From contig OX597816.1 in assembly GCA_951406725.2 (NCBI GenBank), positions 48,174,001 to 48,238,000 of the forward strand: 64,000 nt of DNA, given 5' to 3'. The notes under the pieces were generated by a model, which was given only the letters and a program-made list of their open reading frames with translations, searched no databases and was not told the origin of the DNA. The DNA is from Octopus vulgaris (lineage: Eukaryota). The first letter of the stretch is position 1, and the number at the start of each line of letters is the position of its first letter. The position numbers and the translations under genes were made by a program. Below are positions 55,378-64,000 of the stretch, in pieces.

Positions 55378-55600
55378 ATTTCAGTAGTCTTATTTTTATC
55401 ACATGCTTTCACTGCACTTCTGAGTGCAGTTCTGTGTGCCTTTGGTATGTGCTGTGGTTTGCTGTGATGCTCTTATTTCAGTTTTGAAAGTGTTTTATGC
55501 AGGAAGTTTGCGGTGCCTAGTAGTGCTATTTTCTGTATGTTATATATACTTGTAAGTCCTGGTGTATAATTATTATTATTTGGTATGAGTTCCTTTCTGA
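55378..55600 (-). mobile_element. R4/Dong-clade LINE 3' end
   Basis: Minus strand TPGLTSIYNIQKIALLGTANFLHKTLSKLK* matches the QK..LLGTA.IL C-terminal signature of R4/Dong elements, followed by a ~100-bp 3' UTR. Confidence 0.7.
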
Positions 55601-56369
55601 ATAACTAAACAGTCAATTGATTTCTAAGATTTGCTTTTCTAAAGAAGAACCTTTCATCAAATGCTATGATTCTCTTCTCCTTGAGGCAAACCAAATTATT
55701 CTATTTTGTGAACTTTATTGATCTGCTTTCTCATCGATATTTTTTGAGGGTCTAGTCTGTTATTGTGCTAATTTCTTAAGTAGATGCAGGATATATTTCA
55801 GTTCTTCATTCCATAAAACAAGTATACTCCCAGATGCATACATTATTGACAGGAAAGGTTTGAAAAATAAGCAGCAATTATAATATGCTGAAATGAATAA
55901 TTATTGCTTATTTCTGATCAAGCAGACAAAATCAATAGGTCTTCTAGTACTCACCACTCTATCTTTTTTGATATCGAGGTTTACATTGTCCAGTGTATTT
56001 TTAATTTTAAGATGTTAAGGAGATAGTTTGAGGAAAATTTGGTTGCTATTTCTAGCAGATCAAATGTAGATCTCTCCCTAGTTCTCAGATCATGAAATAT
56101 ATAGCTGAATAAGAATGATTGCTACTCTTTATTGTAAACTGAAAAGTGTTAGCTCTAGCGAATAAGTTGATTTCAATAGATAAATAAATTTATTATTTTG
56201 TATTAATTTGGTTTCCACACAAAAAAAGAAAAGAAAATGGGAAATCTCATGACCAGTAGTAATATATATTATTTTGTTTTGTATTGTAGACATTGTTTTT
56301 TTGCCCTACTTTTGTTCTGATACTATGAAAGTAGTATTGTAGTATTGACAACAATCATATATATGTGTG

Positions 56370-56408
<39 letters not shown>

Positions 56409-56499
56409 CAAACAACACTTCTCCAACTACAGATCCTCCTTCAGGATACCGAAAAGGGGCTTTGTCATGTCATTAGTCAGCCATGTATGGCAACTAATA

Positions 56500-56680
56500 G
56501 ACGATGGGATTTTATACACAATATCATGAAGAATCCCAGAGAATCCAGGCCCCTACATTAATGGCACCAACCGCTGTAAATTATGCATAGCAGAATGGGT
56601 GAAGATCTTACAGGACTCCCTTGACCCAGGAAACATCCTGAACTCCAGAATGGAGGTTTTCAAATCGTGCTTGCATTACA
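56500..56680 (+). pseudogene. Penelope-like element endonuclease C-terminal remnant
   Basis: After one frameshift: RPYINGTNRCKLCIAEWVKILQDSLDPGNILNSRMEVFKSCLHYK, i.e. the CxLC..E...I / LN.R.E....C.H pattern. Confidence 0.7.
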
Positions 56681-56730
56681 AACATACAAATATGCATACA
56701 TACATACACACACACACATATATATATATA

Positions 56731-57127
56731 GGTGCAGGCATAGCTGTGTGGTAAGAAGCTTGCTTCCCAACCGCATGGCATGAGGTTCAGTTCCACTGCA
56801 TGGCACCTAACATCAGGCTGACTAAAGCCTTGTGAGTGGATTTGGTAGATGGAAACTGAAAGAAGTCTTTTGTATATATATATATGTATATATCTTTGTT
56901 TATGTGTATGTGTCTTTGTGTTTGTTCCCCACCCCCCATCACTACTTGACAACTGAAGTTGGTATGTTTACGTCCTCGTAACTTAGCAGTTTGGCATAAG
57001 AGACTGAGGGAATAAGTACTAGGCTAAGAAAAATAAGTCCTTGGGATGACTTGTTTGACTAAAATCTTTCAAAGCAATGCTCCAGCATGGCTGTAGTCAA
57101 ATGACTGAAACAAACAAAAGAATAAAA

Positions 57128-57128
<1 letters not shown>
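56731..57128 (+). mobile_element. SINE family B, full-length
   Basis: Head, linker and tail are colinear with the 12776 copy. Confidence 0.88.
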
Positions 57129-57165
<37 letters not shown>

Positions 57166-57454
57166 TTATAAAAAAAGAAGTTTGAAAACGCCACTATATA
57201 AGATAAATTTAAATTTTCTTAGAGATTTTACATGTTTTGGTTCTTCTTGAAACAAAACAAACCTTATCAAAAATATTTTTAAAAGTTAAGTGTAATAAAA
57301 AAGTTCATAATTGTTTCTTACTAGTCTCAACAGAGTCCACGTGGTGGTGGTGGTGGTGGGGCATAATGCCTGTCTTGTGTGTTGACTAGATTCGTTGGCT
57401 GTAATTGGGGAAAATATATATACACACACATGCACACACACACACACACACACA

Positions 57455-57488
<34 letters not shown>

Positions 57489-57663
57489 GGGGAAAATTCT
57501 TATGAATTAACCCCGAAATTGGGACCAATATGGTAATAACGGATTTTTTAGAAATTTCTATCGGTTTGTTTCGAGACGCATAAATTATAATGGTTATTGA
57601 CAATTTTGTCTATTTTTCGGCATATTTAGCATTAGAATTTTTCTTTTGCCCTTATTCTGTAAG

Positions 57664-57719
<56 letters not shown>

Positions 57720-58164
57720 GACTGTTGAATGTCTAGTGTAAAACATGATGAATTTAGTAGCTGAAACAATTGAATTGACTCTCTAATGGTTATCAAGATC
57801 TTTAATAATACTGTAACATTATAAAACAAAATCCATGACTTAAATTATTGATATCAGGTTATTATGGAGATTAAGAGTTTCTAGAAGCTGATAAATCTAA
57901 TTGTTTATATAGATGTTTATTTGTACTTATGTGCGTATGCATGGCTGCATGGTCAAGAATCTTACTTCATGACCATGTGGTTTTGAGCTCAGTCCTACTG
58001 TGCGACATCTACTATAGCCCAGGACTGACCAATGCTTTGTGAGTGACTTTGGTGGACAGAAACTCTTCAGTGTCTCAAAAGGTACGTTTGTTTGATGAAT
58101 TTACAAAATATTCAGTTGGATGTAACCAAATCAAGTGGTTATTAATATATGTAACTCCTAGGGT

Positions 58165-58375
58165 GGCAAGCTGGTAGAATTGTTAGCACAATGGGAAAAG
58201 TGCTTAGTAGTATTTCATCTCTCTTTACATTCTGAGTTCGGATTCCACCGAGGACAACTTTGGTTTCATCCTTTCAGGTTTGATAAAATAAGTATCAGCT
58301 GACTAATGGAGCTGATGCATTCAATTTACTACCTCCCCCTGAAATTGCTGACCTTGTGCCAGAATTTGAAGCCAA
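58165..58375 (+). mobile_element. SINE family A (tail variant B), degenerate
   Basis: GGCAAGCTGGTAGAATTGTTAGCAC...TTCATCCTTTCAGGTTTGATAAAATAAGTA. Confidence 0.78.
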
Positions 58376-58455
58376 TATATGTAACTCCTGCCAAATCTGT
58401 TAAGTTCTACTTTCTTTCATTTGTCCACTCACTCATGTAAACACACACACACAAA

Positions 58456-58502
<47 letters not shown>

Positions 58503-58504
58503 CA

Positions 58505-58700
58505 CCATCATCATCATCATCATCATCGTTTAACATCTGTTTTCCATGCTAGCATGGATTGGATGGTTCGATCGAGGTCTGGGAAGCGAGGAGGCTGCAC
58601 CAGGCTCCAGTCTGATCTGGCAGTGTTTCTACATTTGGATGCCCTTCCTAACGTTAACCACTCTGTGAGTGCAGTGGGTGCTTTTACACATACATGTATA
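58505..58700 (-). mobile_element. Family C (RTE-type 3' end)
   Basis: (CAT)n CGTTTAACATCTGTTTTCCATGCTAGC...GGATGCCCTTCCTAACG. Confidence 0.85.
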
Positions 58701-58974
58701 ATCACATATGTGTTAGATCATAGTAACTTAATCCCTTAACATTTAAACCGGCTATATCTGACCAAAATATTCTATCTGTTTTATCTTTGAACTGGTCAGC
58801 CTACAGTGTCATTTTAAAAATAAACAATCACATCATCAAAATCTCAAAGCTTTGGGATAACGCATGGTTAATTTGACAAAGTAATCAATTAAGTGTTCAC
58901 TCATTATCCATTTTAGTGAAGCATCCATATGTACTTGGAGTGTCCAAATGTGGGGTTCCAAGCAACTATAAGCA

Positions 58975-59370
58975 TCATCATCATCATCATCATTATCTAA
59001 TGTCCGTTGTCCATGCTGGCATGGGTTGGATGGTGTGACCAGAGCTGGCCAGTTAGGTGGGGCTGCACATAACTCTAGTCTGATTTGGCATGGTTTCTAT
59101 GGCTGGATGCCCTTCCTAACACCAGCCACTTTACAGTGGAATTGGGTACTTTTATGTGGGACCACATGGGTGCTTATACATGGCACTGCATGAGCACTTT
59201 TATGTGACACCATCATGAGTGCTTCACACCACCAGAAGGATCGGTCTTAACCCTTCTGCTGTGGGGTATGGGTCTTCTTGAGTATGGCTAGGCACCAGGT
59301 GTCTTACTCCTTTGTTATCTCACCTGAAAGGTTCAGCTTCTTGAGGTTGCTCTTCAGTACTTCATCCTAG
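58975..59370 (-). mobile_element. RTE LINE 3' end: ORF C-terminus joined to a family C 3' UTR and (GAT)n tail
   Basis: Minus strand DEVLKSNLKKLNLSGEITKE*DTWCLAILKKT resembles the RTE end W.E.V..DL..L.L. It runs into GGAAGGGCATCCAGCCATAGAAACC and the GAT tail. Confidence 0.7.
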
Positions 59371-59936
59371 GAACTAATATATAAACCCATTTTCACCTTA
59401 ATTTCCCATAAGACCCCTATCCCAGCCTTTCTGTACCTTTAATTTCTCATCAACTGGCACAAGCTGTACCTCCTCAATACTACTCCCTACTCCTGAATGA
59501 GAAAACCTACCAGTGCTAGTGCCATGTAAAAATCACCCAGTATACTTTGTAAAATGGCTGGCATTATGAAGGACACCTAAATGTAGAGATGTTGCCAAAT
59601 CAGACAGTGGAACCTAGTGTGGTCCTTGGCCTTTCCAGCTCCTGTCAATCTGTCCAACCCATGCCAGCATGGAAAGCAGACATTAAGTGATGATGACAAT
59701 GATGATAATGATGTTGGTGATCTCTCTCTCTTACATACACACACACACAACATATGCATATATATAATATGTATGTGTGTTTCTCTGCATTGGTTTGTTT
59801 ATATCATCATAAAATAAATACTGGACTTCAAAACATGTCTTGATATCAATTTCATAGACTAAACCTTTTAAGATAATACTCTACCATGGGTGCTGTTTAA
59901 TAACCAATAACTGAAACAAGTAAAAAATAACTTATA

Positions 59937-59989
<53 letters not shown>

Positions 59990-59991
<2 letters not shown>

Positions 59992-60190
59992 GGAAAGTTT
60001 ACGAAAATAAACAAAAGACGAAGGCAGGTGGAGTACAAACAAACAAATGTATTAGTATAGCACTCAGGAATAGAAAAAGTCTTTTACGTTTTGAGCCTAC
60101 GCTCTTCGACAGAAAGATACACAGAAAAAAACAAGGAGAGAAAAAAATGCGTGTAGGAGCTAACGATCTATCATGACGCCTTGACAGAGA
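59990..60190 (-). mobile_element. Penelope-type terminal-repeat remnant with hammerhead-like motif (60080-60117), next to (TA)n
   Basis: Minus strand TCTTT-CTGTCGA-A-GAGC GTAG GCTC-AAAA-C-GTA-AAAGA; stems I and II perfect. Confidence 0.68.
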
Positions 60191-61145
60191 GAGAGAGAGA
60201 AAGAGAGAGAGAGAGTTGCTGAAAAATTCCCTGGCTTTGTGGACAAAAAAGTACAGGAGAATCAGTTAATTATGATTTTATTTCAAATATTTGCCTCTCA
60301 GATTCATGCACTTATTGCAGCGGTCCTTCAGAAGTTTAAGCCTCCAACCAGGCCTTTCACGATACCCTTAAAGCCAGGAACTTTGCAGCACCCCCCATAC
60401 ATACACACACTCACACACACACACACACACATGTATATATACATACACACTTCATTTTCATATTTGGTTTGCAAGATTGTTCTTGATGTGAATTTGTGTG
60501 TTAAAACAGATATTGTATCTTACTTAGAAGGGTCATTATGCCAATAATGATAGTAAACACACAGACTGGTTCAATATCACTTCTTTATCATTAGCCAATT
60601 AGTTAGATATCTAACCAACTAACTAATCAATCACTTTTTTATTGTGTCGGTTAAACAAACAATCGGTTGTTTGTTTTTCAAAGTCCTTTTATCACATTTC
60701 ATGACCTCATCATTCACATGCCTTCTCTCTTCAAGGCAGTCATGTTACTAAACCAGTGCATGTGTTTATTATTGATGTAATTAATGATGCTCCCAGGACA
60801 GAAGATATATTAGATAAACACAGTTATGGCCAGTCTATGGGGTTACCCAGGGTTTCACATCTATAAAGCACTTAGCATTACAGCGTCTATCCAGACCCTA
60901 GTGCTTCTCTTTTGGTTTTATGATTTACTGACAATACACACACACATATAGATTGATAGATAGTATATAAAGGAAGTTAGGAGTTATGAGATGACTATAT
61001 TTATTTCACCAGTTGATATCCATACTATGACAATCATTTTTCAGCCAACATTATGCAAAATTAATTTATTTTACTGCATAATAAATTATTTTCCAAGTTT
61101 TTTTGTGATTACCATTGGATTATATAATTCCATATATTTTGTGTG

Positions 61146-61209
<64 letters not shown>

Positions 61210-61386
61210 GTTTTGGTATCCAGAAGACCCAAAATGCGGGTAAGGCTATGTAAGTGCTATGGAAGGACCACTGTTAGACTCCCAGTTCGATAATAGTATG
61301 AGTGATGAGTCTGTGAATCATGTGTGAGTGCATGTATGTTAAATAAAATGAAACAACAAAGCCAAGGTAGTGTGAAATTTTTAGGA

Positions 61387-61435
61387 CATTTACAGCTGTT
61401 TCAGGGATATAGAGGATATCCCATCGTCAGAGATG
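61387..61435 (-). ncRNA. Minimal type-I hammerhead ribozyme motif with intact core
   Basis: Minus strand CATCT-CTGACGA-T-GGGATAT CCTCT ATATCCC-T-GAAA-CAGCTG-TA-AATG: 7-bp stem II, palindromic stem III, GUA site. Confidence 0.75.
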
Positions 61436-62351
61436 ATATGAGAGATTTAAATAGAAGGAAATATTAGAGTTCAATATAAGAAGTTATTTTGGAAAGAGAG
61501 AGATATATATAGAAAGTATAAAGGAAAATATGAGAATAAAAGTATGTTGGATGTTACAGTTACAGTTCCATTATCCAAGGAATGTGCTGTGTAGAATGTG
61601 TAAAGAGGCTTCCTGTCCATGGTATGTAAATTCTGATAGGAGTTCATATTTTGTTATTACAAATGGATAGTGAGCAGATATTAATTCCATTCAAAGGGAT
61701 CTTGTAGTGTAAATGAAGTTTTGAGAATATATTGGTAGGGGGAAGTAGATAGAGAGAAGAGAATAGATAAGTATGTTAGAAGAAAGAAAAATGGTATTGG
61801 TCAAAAGGATTGGGGTAGAAAAGAAGAAAGAAAGAAAGAAAGAAAGAGGAGAAAATGAAACAAGAAGTGCTAGATAGTGGTCAAGATATTCTGAGGGGGT
61901 GGGGAGAGGGAAGCAATCAGATAAAAGGAATAGGAGGAGGGATGGAAGGAAGAGATAAGAATATATGTGAGAGATAAGAATATGTGTGAGAAGTGGGAGG
62001 TGGGGTGACATGTTTGAAAGGCACCAAGGTGGAAGAGATAAATAAAGAATGTGGTATGGGGGTGGAGTATAAAAGTGAGTTGTAAACCACATTTAGGAAG
62101 GGAAGAAGAAGATATAATGGTCAAGTTTCTAAAAATAGGCACAAGCATTTATTGTATTAGCTAAAGTGATAGTGGGGGCAGATAAATTAGTGAGAGAAAG
62201 AAAGAAAGATATATATATATATAGATAGATACACCTACACATGCACAGATGCACATATAATTGTGTATATGCACTATTATGTAGGCCTGCATGCTCACAC
62301 TTATCTGCATATATATGTACCTATACACATATGCATACATACACGCATACA

Positions 62352-62387
<36 letters not shown>

Positions 62388-63322
62388 TATACACATACAT
62401 TATTAAATACACACACACATATATATATATAGTTGTTAAATATTTCATGGCATCAGTGGTTGGGGCTTTGATTTCACCACTTATATCATATTGCTGGCAA
62501 TAACAACTGTTTATTTTTCTACCTGAGACCTACATTTAACTGTAGCTTGTGTTTTAAGTAAAGCCAGTTTTTATTTATTTGGCTGATTATTTGTTTCCTT
62601 TTATGCTGGAATATGGAGAAGACCGTGCCAGGACAGACTGTGTTAACAATCTTTTTATGTTCATTATCTATTATTTTGCAACTTGCGAGCATGTTTCAGT
62701 CTTAAATGTATTGCCAAGGTGCTATACAGAAACAAAAACAAAAACAAATCAATTTTGTTATGAAGCTTGTTTCAAACTTCCTGTTATGACACTTTCATAT
62801 CTTTCTTGCTCGAGAATAAAATGGATTGATAAAACTGTATCTAGAAATGCATTTTTTTTTTTTTTACCTTTTAAAGCGAGAGAATATTTTTATTGATTGA
62901 TAAAAGATCTACAATCATTCTGTGCCAGATAGTAGCTGTTTAGTAAAGGAGACTGATAATTTAAATGGGCGTGCTGCTCACAGAGTGTGCTACAGTTTGA
63001 TAAAGGCAGCTTTTTTGTGTTTATAGTTTGATAAAAACGAATTGCTAAAGATAAATTCTTCGTTATACTTGTTGACAAATCATTAAGATAGATATGGTTA
63101 ATAGTACAGAAGCAGTTCTAATTTAGGTTGATCGATTAACAGAATGCTATCTTGCATAGGGTGTGATTTTGTTATTTAATTTTTCATTTGATTTCTAAGC
63201 ATTACTTTTAGTGATACCGGGAAGTGCACCTGTAAAAATTCCAAATTTAATTTATTCAAAGATCAAATTCTGTTTGTTGGATAGGCAAAATGGCAAGACC
63301 TATCTTTTACTAAATACCCTTC

Positions 63323-63780
63323 ACTGGTTTCAGTCATTGGAGCACCAGCTTGAAAGGCATAGTTGGAAGAAAATCGACACCAGTACTTATTTTTAAGCCT
63401 GAAACTTATTTTATCAGTCTCTCTTGCTAAACCATTAAGTTATAGGGACTAAACAAACCAACATTGCACATTATTTACATTATCTACATTTGACGGATAT
63501 TTGTCCTCATCTCGTTTGTTGTTAATACAATATTTCGACTGATATACTATCCAGCCTTCATCAAATGTCTTGGGAAAGGCTGGAGGGTATATCAGCTGAA
63601 ACCTTGTGTTAACAACAAACAAGATGAGGACAAATATCCGTCAAATGTAAATAATGTAAATAATTCCTCATCTCTTAAATATAGAACTGGAAAACCAACA
63701 TTGGTTGTTAAGTGATGGTAGGGCAGCACAGGCACAATGACACACACATGCACATACACATATATATATACAAGCATACT
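63323..63780 (-). mobile_element. SINE family B 3' part, interrupted at 63467-63691
   Basis: Family B sequence continues across the insert. Confidence 0.75.
63467..63691. mobile_element. Penelope-type fold-back insertion with two hammerhead-derived arms and 12-bp TSD
   Basis: TSD AAACCAACATTG at 63455-63466 and 63692-63703; arms 63471-63559 and about 63575-63663; 28-nt unpaired 3' extension. Confidence 0.85.
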
Positions 63781-63797
63781 GAGTAACGTCACTGCTT

Positions 63798-63952
63798 AGG
63801 AGTGGCTGTGTGGTAAGTAGCTTACTTACCAACCACATGGTTCCAGGTTCAGTTTCACTGCATGGCACCTTGGACAAGTGTCTTCTATAGCCTCAGGCCG
63901 ACCAAAGCCTTGTGAGTGGATTTGGTAGACGGAAACTGAAAGAAGCCCGTCG

Positions 63953-63985
<33 letters not shown>

Positions 63986-64000
63986 GTGTGTGTTTGTGTG
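63798..64000 (+). mobile_element. SINE family B head, well preserved, runs off the window
   Basis: AGGAGTGGCTGTGTGGTAAGTAGC...GGAAACTGAAAGAAGCCCGTCG. Confidence 0.92.

Noticed and set aside
61208-61239. AG|A GGT TTT GGT ATC...GCG G|GTAAGG, reading RGFGI like an RNP1 start
   Set aside because: The acceptor is preceded by (TA)n with no pyrimidine tract, the residues after RGFG do not fit FVTF, and the length does not match the expected exon. Probably chance.
62579-62896. ORF containing EYGE...DCV, reminiscent of the RRM segment after RNP2
   Set aside because: Spacing is wrong, there is no phase-1 acceptor in the right place, and the rest is not RRM-like.

Overview
64 kb of AT-rich, microsatellite-rich animal genomic DNA, mostly intronic or intergenic. 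The repeat families look like those of Octopus; this is my recognition, not a database result. The only host-gene coding sequence I can support is one 41-nt internal exon at 49633-49673 (+), encoding the RNP2 strand of an RRM of the Musashi/DAZAP1/hnRNP A-D type. The ORF track misses it. The rest is a nested transposon landscape: three tRNA-derived SINE families, RTE LINE fragments with (GAT)n-tailed 3' ends, two CR1-type LINE fragments (one with an unbroken 275-codon ORF), a Dong/R4 3' end, Penelope-like RT and endonuclease remnants, two DD37D (maT) transposons with TIRs, a Helitron, a Helentron-type element, a pogo-like MITE, and (TA)/(TATG) arrays up to 5.7 kb. The long ORFs in the track are microsatellite artefacts. 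The most unusual signal is a dispersed set of at least eight minimal type-I hammerhead-ribozyme-like motifs in short Penelope-type terminal-repeat remnants. Three are fold-backs in which a complete ribozyme copy abuts an inverted copy truncated inside the ribozyme, and one of these has a 12-bp TSD. Coordinates of degenerate repeats are approximate (about 10-20 bp).
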